64,000 nt of DNA from Candidatus Hydrogenedentota bacterium (GCA_963745075.1 CAVUWV010000010.1:320001-384000), one strand, 5' to 3'; numbered from the stretch's first letter, positions 43,215-53,501 are shown. Translations and numbers: made by a program. The notes: generated from the sequence alone by a model not told the origin.

Positions 43215-44066
43215 CTACTTCTCCAGGAAGTACCGGTGGCCTGCCACTTCGATGCCCACGCCGCGCAGCTCGACTTTGATAAGACGGGCATTCGTGTCTT
43301 TGATGTATTCGCCCACATACACCTTCTGAAAATTGATCAACGCGGAAGGTCGCGGATTCCGGTCGTTCGTAAGTCCCACCATATTGATCTTCAACTTGGG
43401 AAGACCCAACCGGATTCGCTCCGATTCAGAAAGCATCGGCAGCGTGTTCAAATTGACTTCGCCGATGGGAGTGTCGTCGCGCTGTTCCTGCGGAGGCGGC
43501 GCTTGCTGCACGTTCGTGGGCACCCCGGGCGGCGCAACCGCCGGCGCAGGTTGCGGGACCGATTCCGCCGCGGCCGTCTCGTCCGGTACCGCTGCTGGTT
43601 CAACCCAGACCACCGGGTCGGGCGCCGGTACTGCCGCTTCGGTCGGCGTTACGGACTCGACCGGTTCCAGTGCCGCCGGCTCCGACGAAACCGGTTGCAA
43701 CGGTTCGGGCGCCGGGACCGCCGGCGCACGATCCTCCGCGGGCCGGAACGGGGCAGTCACAACGGGCGGCGTCGCCACAGCAGTACGTGAGGGCGCCGCA
43801 TCCGCCAGACGTGGCGACTCGGTCGCGCGCATGACCGCCACGGCCGTCACGGCGGACACCGTCACCAGCAGGACAATCAACGCGACCCCGGCCAGGACCA
43901 GCACCAAGGAGTTGATCCGGATGAGTTCACCTTCCGGCTGCTGTCGGCGCCGCCGGGTCAGATTACGTTCCGCCGCCGCCTCTTCGACGTTCGCCCGTTC
44001 CCGGGACTTTTCCTTGCCGGTCTTTTCACTTTCGAGTTTCTTGAGCGCGTCCAGGATGGAACTCAT
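43215..44066 (-). CDS. GspB/ExeB-like protein
   Basis: 'MSSILDALKKLE', one TM segment, Pro/Ala linker, C-terminal 'ALIN...YVGE' domain; directly after exeA. Confidence 0.8.
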   Translation of the reverse strand: MSSILDALKKLESEKTGKEKSRERANVEEAAAERNLTRRRRQQPEGELIRINSLVLVLAGVALIVLLVTVSAVTAVAVMRATESPRLADAAPSRTAVATPPVVTAPFRPAEDRAPAVPAPEPLQPVSSEPAALEPVESVTPTEAAVPAPDPVVWVEPAAVPDETAAAESVPQPAPAVAPPGVPTNVQQAPPPQEQRDDTPIGEVNLNTLPMLSESERIRLGLPKLKINMVGLTNDRNPRPSALINFQKVYVGEYIKDTNARLIKVELRGVGIEVAGHRYFLEK

Positions 44067-44070
44067 GGGA

Positions 44071-46356
44071 TCAGTTCCCTCCGCCGCCACTCGGTGCGCT
44101 CGGGATCAACGGCATGCCCGCCAACGCCGCCGACGCGGCCGCTTCTTCAGAGGCATCGGTCTTTGCATCACCCGGAGTCGGCGGCGGCGAAGGTTTCGAC
44201 GCCTCCGCCTCCGGTTCCTCGGACTTCTTGGCCTCGGCCGGTGCTTGGCCCGCCGGTGGCGCCGGTTTCGTGTCCTCCGCGGGCGGCTTCGATTCCATCC
44301 CCGGCTCATTCAGGTCTTCTGACGTTACCACGCCCTTCGCATTGAGGTTCGCGAACGGGTCTACCGGCCCCTCTGGTACCGGCGGCGGCGCGGGCGGGGG
44401 CGTTTCCGCCTCGGTCGCGGGCGGGGTTTTCTCGTCCGGCTTGTCTACCGGCGGTTCCTCCTTGGGCGCTTCAGCCAGGGTCGCCGGCGCCGTCGGCGTA
44501 TCTTCCGCCTTTGCCTTCTCTACTTCCTTCGGCTTTTCTTCTTCCTTCGGTTCGGGCTTCTTGGCCACCGTCTTGGGCGGTTCAGGTTTGGCCTCCGGTT
44601 TGGACTCCGGCTTCTCCTCCCAGTCCGCGCGCAACGTCAGCGGCGGCAACGGCCGCAACGCCGGTGTGGAGAAACCCGGCAGCCAACTATACAGCACCAT
44701 CCGCGTCCGGCTGCCCAACACGCCGTCCACCTCGAGCCCCGTATCCTTCTGCACGGCGGACACCGCTTCTCGCGTCACGCTGTCGTACACGCCGTTCGGC
44801 TTTTCCTTGAACCGTCCCAGCGCCCGCAATTGGACCTGCAACACCCGCACGTCCTCGCCCGTTGTTCCAGGACGCAAGATAGGCGCATCCGGATTCGGAT
44901 CCCGCCAGAACAGGAGCGCTTCGTTTTGATAGCACTGTTTGAACGCATCCGTCGGGATCAACGTGGTGTCGGACATGCTCGTCGTGAGCCGCAGCTCGTC
45001 AAACTCGACCCCGATGATCGCGCTCCACACCGTCTGGGTCTTCCCGTGCAAACGCACCATCACCGGGAGATTGATCGCTTCGATCTGATCCACCGTGAGT
45101 TCCAGGGCTTCGCACTGCAACCGGCTCTCTTCGGCAAAGGTGCGTATGCTATCCTCGGAATCGTCGGCGGGATAGTCGGTCAACAGCGCCAGGTTCCACT
45201 CCCGCAACATGCTCACCGCCGCGCCGTTCAGACACTCGTGCGGATTCAACCGGTCCACAAATCCCGATACCGTCGGGTCGAAGGCCCCGTCCGTCGCGGG
45301 CGCCTCCACCTCGACCGGACGCTCGGCCGCGGGCGTCAGCGCCGTGTCGCGTGTTCGCGCTTCCGCCGTAGACGAGGTCGACGCGATGGGATTCACCTTG
45401 TCGAAAAGCGCCGCGAGTCCATCGCCGGACTCCCCGTTCAGATAGTCGATGCCGAATTTCCCCAGCACCAGCACCAAGGCGATCACCGCGATCACCGTGG
45501 AACTCGGCACGAGGCGTTTCAACCGCGAGCCTTCTTTCTTCTTCTTGACGGTTTCCCCGCGGATCTCTTTCCACGCCTGCTTGATGATGGTGTGCGAGAT
45601 TTCCCGCGTTTCCTTCGTATACCCGATAAGGAGGGCCCGGTCGCAGATCGCATTGATCACGCGCGGCGTCCCGCCCGTGAACTTATAGATGTACTTCACG
45701 GCCTTCGGCGTGAAGTGAATCCGGCGTCGCCCCCCCGCCACGCGCAACCGGTACGCGATGTACTGCAGCGTCTCCTGCCGCTCCAGGGGATGCAGGTGGT
45801 ACCGTGCCGTGATCCGCTGGTTCAACTGCCGCAACTCGTCAAGTGACAAATGCTGCATCAGTTCCGGCTGGCCGATCAGCACGATCTGCAGCAGCTTCGT
45901 CGTCTCGGTTTCCAGGTTGGACAGCAGCCGGATCTGTTCCAGGACCCCCGGCGTGAGGTTCTGCGCCTCGTCGATGACCAGCACACAGTTCTTCCCCTTG
46001 GCATTGCGGTCCAGGAGATACTCGTTCAGTTCGTCGATCAGCTCGCGAACGGTGGCCGCTTTCGAGTCTATCCCGAAATCATCGTTGACCTTACGAAGGA
46101 GTTCCTCCGGCGAGAGGTAGGGGTTGAAGATGAACGCGACTTCCGTGTTCTCGTCGAGTTCGTTCAGGAGCGTCCGGCAGATCGTCGTCTTCCCCGTCCC
46201 GATTTCCCCCGTGACCATCACGAACCCGCTTCGGTTCTTGATCCCGAACAGCAGGTGGGCGAAGGCCTCCTTATGCTTCTCGCTGAGATAGAGGAATTTC
46301 GGGTCCGGGGTGAGGTTGAACGGCTTTTCCCGCAGACCGTAAAAGGCTTCGTACAT
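44071..46356 (-). CDS. exeA: ExeA/GspA AAA ATPase with peptidoglycan-binding domain and long Pro/Glu/Lys tail
   Basis: 'YGLREKPFNLTPDP', Walker A 'GEIGTGKTT', 'IDEAQ', 'LIGQPEL'; PG-binding 'VRVLQVQL...GLEVDGVLG'. Confidence 0.92.
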   Translation of the reverse strand: MYEAFYGLREKPFNLTPDPKFLYLSEKHKEAFAHLLFGIKNRSGFVMVTGEIGTGKTTICRTLLNELDENTEVAFIFNPYLSPEELLRKVNDDFGIDSKAATVRELIDELNEYLLDRNAKGKNCVLVIDEAQNLTPGVLEQIRLLSNLETETTKLLQIVLIGQPELMQHLSLDELRQLNQRITARYHLHPLERQETLQYIAYRLRVAGGRRRIHFTPKAVKYIYKFTGGTPRVINAICDRALLIGYTKETREISHTIIKQAWKEIRGETVKKKKEGSRLKRLVPSSTVIAVIALVLVLGKFGIDYLNGESGDGLAALFDKVNPIASTSSTAEARTRDTALTPAAERPVEVEAPATDGAFDPTVSGFVDRLNPHECLNGAAVSMLREWNLALLTDYPADDSEDSIRTFAEESRLQCEALELTVDQIEAINLPVMVRLHGKTQTVWSAIIGVEFDELRLTTSMSDTTLIPTDAFKQCYQNEALLFWRDPNPDAPILRPGTTGEDVRVLQVQLRALGRFKEKPNGVYDSVTREAVSAVQKDTGLEVDGVLGSRTRMVLYSWLPGFSTPALRPLPPLTLRADWEEKPESKPEAKPEPPKTVAKKPEPKEEEKPKEVEKAKAEDTPTAPATLAEAPKEEPPVDKPDEKTPPATEAETPPPAPPPVPEGPVDPFANLNAKGVVTSEDLNEPGMESKPPAEDTKPAPPAGQAPAEAKKSEEPEAEASKPSPPPTPGDAKTDASEEAAASAALAGMPLIPSAPSGGGGN

Positions 46357-46478
46357 GCTTCCCTCGCCGGGCAGGCACACCTATCCCTGCCCTCCTAATC
46401 CGTGACTTGGAAGAATAACAGGAGAAGGAAAACCTGTCAACAAATGACCGGAGCCCGGAGCGGAGCCAAAAGACCCCA

Positions 46479-46570
46479 CAGATCCGTCCGATCCGCCCGA
46501 TCCCACGGCCCGGTCCATGCCGGTCCCCGTCCGTGTGCGTCCGTGTAGGTCCGTGTAGGTCCGTGTAGGT
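46479..46570. repeat. CCGAT-based repeats followed by (CCGTGTAGGT)x3
   Basis: Directly visible. Confidence 0.8.
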
Positions 46571-46576
46571 CGCCCC

Positions 46577-49500
46577 CTACGGAAACGCCATATCCACCTC
46601 CACCACCGATTCCCCCTCCGGCACAACCACGGGCTTCCCCACAACCTGCCCCAACCCATCCGTCGCTACCAGGAGCGTGTACTCGCCGGGGTCTACGGCG
46701 TCGAACCGAAATGGACCGGGACCGTTGAGCCGGTCCATGCCAGCGGCACGCATTTCCACTATCGTTGCAGAGGTCGCGTTGTTCACGGCAGCCGCATCAA
46801 CCTGGCCCGCGAGCAGGGCCACGTCCAGATCGCCAATTGTGGAGTCGGCCGTTATTCGCCCCCGCACTGACGCGCCGTCCGCAAAATCGAAGTCACGGGT
46901 GATACTGGCCCCAGGCGCGATCGCAAACATCGCCGTCTTGCCAACCCGGCGTCGACTGGCTACCTCTGTTACGACGACAAGCGTGCCCGGGCCCGCCACC
47001 ACATGGGCAAATTCGAAGTGCCCCGCCTCATCGACGGGTCGACTATATTGCACGAGCCCTTCAGCCGCTTCGACCGTCAGCGCCGCCATTATGGGACGGC
47101 TTGTTCCCAGCCCCGGCGCATTTCGTACAGTCCCTGACACCTTAGCACCGGCCGTTTCCAAATTAATATCCAGCCTCGTCGTTTGGTTAGACGCAACGGC
47201 AACGGTCCGCCGGATTCTGCCTATCGGCGAATCGACGGTCACGAGCGCGGAACCCGCGATCAGCTTGTCGACGCGGAACGATCCATCGTCTCCCGTAGTT
47301 GCGATGGGCCGTATCCGATCGTAACTCGAGAACGAAGCCTCCGTGTAGTAGAAATTGACGCGAGCCCCGGGCACAGGCGCACCATCCACAGTCACAGCGC
47401 CTTCAAGAGTTCCACCGTTCGTCAGCGTGAACGTAGGGCTCGGTGAGGATCCCGCATGTACGTCCACCGTAAATTCTCCAGGTGCGTAATCAGGGTGATA
47501 TACATAGATGAAGTTCGTCCCAGGCACGAGATTCCCCAGCGTGCAGGTGCCGTCACGGCCAGTCTTTGCGCTGGCCCCGGAAAACCGTGGGTTATCAAAG
47601 TAGTACGGTAATTCGCCGTTAAAAACCTGCGCCTCGGCTAGCGGTTGGCCGGAAGGGTCAACCACTGTCGCGTGAACCACCGCGCCCGGCTTCACGACGA
47701 GGTCCACTCCGGAGATCGTCTGCCCTGGGTGAACTTCGACGATCGTCGAACTGGGAAAGCACCCGGCCGCTCGCGCCACGACGGCGCAGCTACCCGGCCA
47801 CGCATTGTCCACGCGGTATTCACCGGATTCGTTGACGTACCGGTTGTACGGAAGGTTCGATCCCGCCGACGCCGCCACATCCGCACGAGCCACGGCCAAG
47901 TCAAACTCAGTCATGGGATTCCCCGTCCGACCATCAACCACCCGGCCTTCGACAGATCCGAAACGATCCAAAACGATCTTGAAGTCCTTCGTGCCCGTGG
48001 CAACGCCGTCAATTTGGCGGGAAGGATACCCTTCTGCCCGGATGTTGAGGTCGTAACTTTCCAGGTCGAGACCTTGCAAGGTGTACACGCCGTTTTCGTC
48101 CGATTTTGCCCAGGGACCAAGTCGCCCTGCTCCCCGCGGAATGACATCAGCACCGGAAACGGGCGAGCCCGTGTCATCGACTATCTGCCCGGTGATCGTT
48201 CCAGCGCCTCCACCCACATCGATAATCAAGTCCGAGATGGACTGTCCCGGTCCAACGGACACTTCAGTCGCCGGCTTTCCCAATCCGATTGAATCGGCCA
48301 AAATGAAATAATCGCCGGGAACCAGATTCACAAACGAGAAACGCCCGTTTGCATCGGAACTTGCCGAGTCGAAGCGGTCGCGGGTCTTGCTTCTGATATT
48401 CACACCCACTCCGGCCGCGGCCACACCGCCACCATAAACCAACTGTCCGCTGACCGAACCCATCGGGCGTTTGACGAGCGTCAATGTGACTCCCTCAACG
48501 TCATGGGCTCCTAGGGTGAAGGGTCCTGCCGTTTCGCTCATCCATGCCCCAGCCGTTGCTTGGACGATCACCGCTTCGCCTAGTGCAAGACCTGAGATTG
48601 TGAAGTCTCCGGCTTCACTTTCTTCGATATCGCGACGAGCGCCACGGAAGGCGTCGCTCGCCCGATCGGTATACCGGACTGTAACAGTTATTCGGTCAAA
48701 TTCAGCATCCGGTGGCGCTTTCACCGTCCCGCGGATTGTCGCCCCCTTCGCAAGTCCGAAATCGATTCCCGTAATGGTCTTTCCCAGTTCCACGACGAGG
48801 GGATCCTGCACGGGGTTTTCAATGACCGGGTACCCGGGCCCCTGCACGGATTGGACGTGATACATTCCCGGTCGCAAACGGGCAAATCGGTACGCGCCCG
48901 TTTCGTCTTCGTTGGTGTTTCCGTATTCCGAGACATCCCCCGTCGTACGTAGATTCACTTCTGCGTGTCGGATCCCGTTTCCAGTCTGCGCGTCATACAC
49001 CCTCCCCATGATGATTCCCCCTTGGGCAACCTCGACGGTCACACCCGTCACGTCACCGCCTTCGGGCACGATGAATCCTTTTGACAAAGAGATCAGCTTG
49101 TCATCGTGGATTTGTACAGAATTGCCACCCGGTTGGACGCCATCTAACACGAAGTATCCATCCCTTCCGGTTTCAGTCAGCCGCCCCCGATACATGCTGA
49201 CCTTCAGATCCGGCACCGGCGTGTTCGTCCCCGCATTGACCACCCGGCCTTCCACGTGCGCGCCCGGTGTCAGCGTAATCATTACCGGCGGTTTGTCGGC
49301 CGGCAGATAATCGCTTTCGTAAAGCGCACAGGTCGGCGAATCCACCTGCAACTTCCACGAACCCAGCCACACCGGCGCCAAGTGAAACCGGCCGTCGGCA
49401 TCCGTTCGCACCCCTCGGAGTTCCTGCCACCGATCGGAAAGCCACTCTTCCTCGCCCGTCCAGTTGCCTTGTGTCGGCGTTACGAGTGCATCCGACACCG

Positions 49501-50731
49501 GCGTCCCGTCCTTGCTGTGCACCACCCCGTCCAACGCGCCCGCCGGAAGCATGGCGATCTCGTGCACCTCCGGTTCTGCGGCCGTGTCGCTGCTCATATC
49601 GTCCGCGCCGAACACTCCTGGCGCCGTCGCCTGCAACATATACGCTGTATGTTGCAGATCCCTGAACCTAAACGAGCCGTCATCCCCCGATTTCGTTTCG
49701 TGGTGCTTGCCCTTCCCGGGGTCATAGGGATCGAGCGTGAGGGCCGCGTTCGCCACCGCGTTTCCGGACTGGTCGACCGTCCGCCCGCGAATGAAATTCC
49801 CGGCCAGGGAGTCCGCCGTGGCGGTTGCTCCGTGATCGGTCCGATCCGACCGATCCGTCGGATCCGTCCGATCGGCTTGCGGCTCCTCCGCAGCCACCCC
49901 GCTTTGCGCGATGGCTGTCTCGGGTCCGGCGTTCTGCGCGGTTGGTTCCGGCGCATTCGGCCAATACACCACCGTGCCCGCCACCACCAGCACCGCGGCA
50001 ACCGCCGCCATGATCTTCGCCACCACCCCGGACGCGATCGTCCCCGCAACGCCCGCCGCTGCCGCACCCCCCGCAGCGCCCGTTGTCGAAGCGGCACTCG
50101 CTTCCCACGCCGCCGTGACGCCCGCGAGCAGCCCCATGATGGTTTTCACGCGATCCCGGTGCGACCGTTCCGGTGCAACAGCCGGTTCCAGGTGACGCAG
50201 CATCTGCCCGCTCAACGCGTCCCGCGCCCGTTGCAACCGCTTCCTTACGGCGTCCTGGGAAAGTTCCAACAGCGCGGCAATCTCCTTGATTGACCGGCCG
50301 CCGTAATAATGGAGGAGCAACGCCTCGCGATGGATGTCGTCGAGCCCTTCGATCTGCTGCCGCACGAGGACGCGCAGTTCCCGATCTTCGAGTCGATCCG
50401 CAGACGGCTCCTCCATCGCGGCCACCGCATCGACCCGTTCCGCTTCACGGGCACGGCTGCGTTGGTGGTTGCGGCAGATGTTGCGAACGATGGTCAGCAG
50501 CCACGGACCGAACTTGGCGGGCTCGCGCAACCCGTCCAGGGATTCGAAGGCTTTGAGAAAGGCGTCCTGCGCGGCGTCTTCCGCATCGGTGACGTTGCGA
50601 AGCTGCGCGTACGACACCGCGTGGGCCACAGGCAAATAGCGATCGACCAGCACCGCAAATTCGTCGTGCTTCCCCGCGCGCACCCGCAGCACGACTGCCG
50701 CATCATCGGAAGTCTTTCTAAACCACGGCAT
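46577..50731 (-). CDS. Second ECF sigma factor fused to a TM segment and many carboxypeptidase-regulatory-like repeats
   Basis: 'DAEDAAQDAFLKAF', 'FGPWLLTIVRN', sigma4 'IKEIAALLELSQDAVRKRLQRAR'; TM 'IMAAVAAVLVVAGTVVYW'; repeated 'G.VVD..G.P' units. Confidence 0.9.
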   Translation of the reverse strand: MPWFRKTSDDAAVVLRVRAGKHDEFAVLVDRYLPVAHAVSYAQLRNVTDAEDAAQDAFLKAFESLDGLREPAKFGPWLLTIVRNICRNHQRSRAREAERVDAVAAMEEPSADRLEDRELRVLVRQQIEGLDDIHREALLLHYYGGRSIKEIAALLELSQDAVRKRLQRARDALSGQMLRHLEPAVAPERSHRDRVKTIMGLLAGVTAAWEASAASTTGAAGGAAAAGVAGTIASGVVAKIMAAVAAVLVVAGTVVYWPNAPEPTAQNAGPETAIAQSGVAAEEPQADRTDPTDRSDRTDHGATATADSLAGNFIRGRTVDQSGNAVANAALTLDPYDPGKGKHHETKSGDDGSFRFRDLQHTAYMLQATAPGVFGADDMSSDTAAEPEVHEIAMLPAGALDGVVHSKDGTPVSDALVTPTQGNWTGEEEWLSDRWQELRGVRTDADGRFHLAPVWLGSWKLQVDSPTCALYESDYLPADKPPVMITLTPGAHVEGRVVNAGTNTPVPDLKVSMYRGRLTETGRDGYFVLDGVQPGGNSVQIHDDKLISLSKGFIVPEGGDVTGVTVEVAQGGIIMGRVYDAQTGNGIRHAEVNLRTTGDVSEYGNTNEDETGAYRFARLRPGMYHVQSVQGPGYPVIENPVQDPLVVELGKTITGIDFGLAKGATIRGTVKAPPDAEFDRITVTVRYTDRASDAFRGARRDIEESEAGDFTISGLALGEAVIVQATAGAWMSETAGPFTLGAHDVEGVTLTLVKRPMGSVSGQLVYGGGVAAAGVGVNIRSKTRDRFDSASSDANGRFSFVNLVPGDYFILADSIGLGKPATEVSVGPGQSISDLIIDVGGGAGTITGQIVDDTGSPVSGADVIPRGAGRLGPWAKSDENGVYTLQGLDLESYDLNIRAEGYPSRQIDGVATGTKDFKIVLDRFGSVEGRVVDGRTGNPMTEFDLAVARADVAASAGSNLPYNRYVNESGEYRVDNAWPGSCAVVARAAGCFPSSTIVEVHPGQTISGVDLVVKPGAVVHATVVDPSGQPLAEAQVFNGELPYYFDNPRFSGASAKTGRDGTCTLGNLVPGTNFIYVYHPDYAPGEFTVDVHAGSSPSPTFTLTNGGTLEGAVTVDGAPVPGARVNFYYTEASFSSYDRIRPIATTGDDGSFRVDKLIAGSALVTVDSPIGRIRRTVAVASNQTTRLDINLETAGAKVSGTVRNAPGLGTSRPIMAALTVEAAEGLVQYSRPVDEAGHFEFAHVVAGPGTLVVVTEVASRRRVGKTAMFAIAPGASITRDFDFADGASVRGRITADSTIGDLDVALLAGQVDAAAVNNATSATIVEMRAAGMDRLNGPGPFRFDAVDPGEYTLLVATDGLGQVVGKPVVVPEGESVVEVDMAFP

Positions 50732-50770
50732 GATTGTACCTCGCCTCCCCTGCGAAGGCGTCACGCCGGG

Positions 50771-50944
50771 CTACTGCTGCGACGCCTCCAGCCGTTGTCG
50801 AATCGCGGCGACATCCCGCCGAATACCGTTCAACGTGATGATGAGCCACACTACAACCGCGATGGGGATTCCCCACGCGAACAAACCCACGATGAGCACC
50901 ATCACCCATTCCATGCCGCCCGGCCCGGTCATCATCGCTTCCAT
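50771..50944 (-). CDS. Small single-TM membrane protein
   Basis: 'GPGGMEWVMVLIVGLFAWGIPIAVVVWLII' then a coiled-coil-like tail; GGAGG RBS. Confidence 0.65.
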   Translation of the reverse strand: MEAMMTGPGGMEWVMVLIVGLFAWGIPIAVVVWLIITLNGIRRDVAAIRQRLEASQQ

Positions 50945-51054
50945 AACCCTGTCCTCCCTGTATAGCGAAAGTGCTTTCACCGACCAGTGTAGGCCACGGA
51001 AAGGCTGTTTACCAAGGAAGACACCACCCCACCAAAAAGGTGACCGGAAAAGAA

Positions 51055-51133
51055 TGCAGGCGAGACGCCTGCGCTACAATCGCCCAAGCCGAGTCGGTGG
51101 GATCTTCTAAGTAGCGCAGACGTCTCGCCTGCA
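51055..51133. repeat. Second pair of GTAGCGCAG(G/A)CGTCTCGCCTGCA REPs
   Basis: 51055-51077 (inverted) and 51111-51133; same family as 27801-27881. Confidence 0.85.
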
Positions 51134-51180
51134 AGGTCTCTACAGTGGCCGGGAGCGCTGCGAATGCTGGATCGGGCCGA

Positions 51181-52044
51181 TCAGCCCGATCGGCCGGATC
51201 CGTCCGATCCCTTCTCTTCCGCTGCCGCCTGCTTGATGGCGTCCCGGATCGCCCCGTCCTCCGACCACGGGATCAAGTGGTTGCGGTCTTTGAACAAGAC
51301 CTCGTCGCGAACCCGGCCCTTCGTCAGGTGCTCTTCGAGGTAGGTCACGTTCGACACCGGCACCAAGGCATCCTTCTTACCGTGCAAGACGATCACCGGG
51401 CACGTAATCTTCGCGAGCAGCGGCTCCAATTTCTGAAGTTCCGCTTTGAGCGGGAGCAGCTCGCGATTCGAATTGCGCAATCCGCGCGGCAGGATACTCG
51501 GCACAAACCCGACTTCGCCCAGCGTCTGATACCAATGCGTCTTCTCCAGGTCAGGGTCCAGCGCACCGGAAATCACGACCAATCCCCCCACCCGGTCCGC
51601 GAAATCCGCGGCCGCCCGGCACACGATGGTCGCACCGAGCGAATGCCCCACCAGGATCGGCCATTTCCCGTTGCGCTTCACCAGAAACGGTTCGATCGCC
51701 TTGGCCTGTTCTTCGAGCGACGGCACCGGGGTGTGCGGGGTCGTCTGTCCGAAGCCGGGCCGGTCCAACGCAATCGACTCGAACCCGGGAATGGGGTCTT
51801 TCAAGTAGTCGAGCCACGCGCGCGCGTTCCCCGGCGACCCGTGCACATAGATGATGCGCGGCGCATCCGTCGGCCCGGCGTGCAGGTAGCTGATGACCTG
51901 CCCATCCTCGCCTTGGATGGTCGCACGCGGCACGCCATCGTCGTCGCCCACCATCATCGCCACGGTAAGCGCGACAACACTGATAGCGCCGACGATAGTC
52001 AGCAAACATCCGGTAAGTAAGATTCGTTTTCGGGGTCGTTTCAT
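51181..52044 (-). CDS. Membrane-anchored alpha/beta hydrolase
   Basis: 'HGSPG', 'DRPGFG', 'GHSLG', 'HGKKDALVP', 'NHLIPW'. Confidence 0.92.
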   Translation of the reverse strand: MKRPRKRILLTGCLLTIVGAISVVALTVAMMVGDDDGVPRATIQGEDGQVISYLHAGPTDAPRIIYVHGSPGNARAWLDYLKDPIPGFESIALDRPGFGQTTPHTPVPSLEEQAKAIEPFLVKRNGKWPILVGHSLGATIVCRAAADFADRVGGLVVISGALDPDLEKTHWYQTLGEVGFVPSILPRGLRNSNRELLPLKAELQKLEPLLAKITCPVIVLHGKKDALVPVSNVTYLEEHLTKGRVRDEVLFKDRNHLIPWSEDGAIRDAIKQAAAEEKGSDGSGRSG

Positions 52045-52116
52045 AGACTACTCAGTAGGTTCTCTCGTCCTCGGTACGGCACAGCCCTGCAAAGAACGAT
52101 GCACCAGAAAGAACAT

Positions 52117-52333
52117 CCCCCTTCAAAGGGGGAATTATGCGCGACTCGGGCATACGTCCGCATGATGATATGTCCTTGCTCCCGAAACCGCCACTGCTCC
52201 GTACCGCGACGCAAAGCGCAACTCACAAACCGAGGTCGCGCGCGAGAGCATGCGTAAGCTGCACAAATCCTTCGTGCGCCAAACCGCGCAGCGAAGCGAG
52301 CGCGATTCCCCCTTTGAAGGGGTATCAAGGGGG
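52117..52333. repeat. Intergenic inverted-repeat element (CCCCCTTCAAAGGGGG...CCCCCTTTGAAGGGG)
   Basis: Inverted terminal hairpins with an internal GCGCGACTCGG/CCGAGGTCGCGC match. Confidence 0.65.
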
Positions 52334-52492
52334 ATGTTCTTCTCTCGGCCAAGCTCAGCCTCTATTCGCGTTCGATTGCCCTTAAGCCGGTAAGGCGGGA
52401 AACCTCGTCCTGAACGGCGGCGGCGAGCGTCTTGCCCGTGTGGTCCTTTGGATTCACAACGTCACCAAAGGTAACGTCGCAGCGTATCCATT

Positions 52493-53248
52493 TCAATCCC
52501 GCGCGGCCGTCGCGCGCAATGGCAGACTGTGCACTTCCGCCGCGCCGTTGGGCAGGATGTCCCGCGGCCAGTAGCGCATCACAGCATCCGCGGCCCCCGC
52601 CTTGATCGCCACTTGCGTAATGCTCCGCGTCGTCGACAGCTCCCGGTCCATCAGCGGAGAATAGGCTTCCTCGCCCTCCGGCTGAAGCGCGTGAAACGAC
52701 GGCAGAAATCCCCGCATCGGACATCCCGCCTCGCGCCATGCGGCAAAAGCACCGCGCCGCCACATCGTCACCTCCTCCGTCTTCCACGACGACGACACCA
52801 GCATCGTCCACGTTTCCTCCGTATCCAACGCTGGCAGAAGCCCACGCCCGGTCCATGTCTGCGCGATGGTCTGTTCAAGCGAACACACGAGCAACGTGAA
52901 CGAGGGATACGGCGTCGGATCGAAGTGTCCTGAAAACGCGGCCCGAATGTCCTCTAGTCCGCCGTGCTCCAACAGCCTCGGCACGATCTCGCCACGGGTG
53001 GGTACCGGCCCATTCGCGTCTTCCGGCCGTTCCCCCTGCGGAAAGTACGCATTGACCAGACACCCCACGACTCCCGCGTCGTTTACGGCAATCCACATTC
53101 CGCCCCGATCCGAGTCGCGCGGACCCAACAAGGCGTGCGCACGACCCAACCGCTCCGGCGGAATCTCCGGACCGCGCACCCGCGCCTCATCCCGGTTCAT
53201 CGTTACCGTCAGCGCGGTATCGGTACGATGAATGCTGATCGTGCACAT
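52493..53248 (-). CDS. NRDE/TANGO2-family protein
   Basis: N-terminal 'MCT', 'NRDE', 'PRD...GG.WIAVN..G'. Confidence 0.85.
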   Translation of the reverse strand: MCTISIHRTDTALTVTMNRDEARVRGPEIPPERLGRAHALLGPRDSDRGGMWIAVNDAGVVGCLVNAYFPQGERPEDANGPVPTRGEIVPRLLEHGGLEDIRAAFSGHFDPTPYPSFTLLVCSLEQTIAQTWTGRGLLPALDTEETWTMLVSSSWKTEEVTMWRRGAFAAWREAGCPMRGFLPSFHALQPEGEEAYSPLMDRELSTTRSITQVAIKAGAADAVMRYWPRDILPNGAAEVHSLPLRATAARD

Positions 53249-53501
53249 GCGATTCGCTCCCGATCGATCGCTACAACCTTTTCCAGTGTAACACTCCCTG
53301 CGTACGCACGAGCACAGAATTATTGCATTGCCCCCGCGGGGCAAACGACTCCGGTCCGGGCAAGGAAACTACGTTGCACCAATAGCTTACACCCGGCAGG
53401 GGGAGGTGCTTCGCCGTGTAATGCGGCGCCCCATTGCCGGTATTATTCACGGAAGTGAATGCCACTGCCTCTCCGAGAAAAAGACGCTGGGAGTATCCGT
53501 C

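Noticed and set aside
53328..53501. N-terminal extension of the precursor given by the ORF track
   Set aside because: A clear GGAG RBS precedes GTG 53502 and gives a typical short leader; the extension has no recognisable features.
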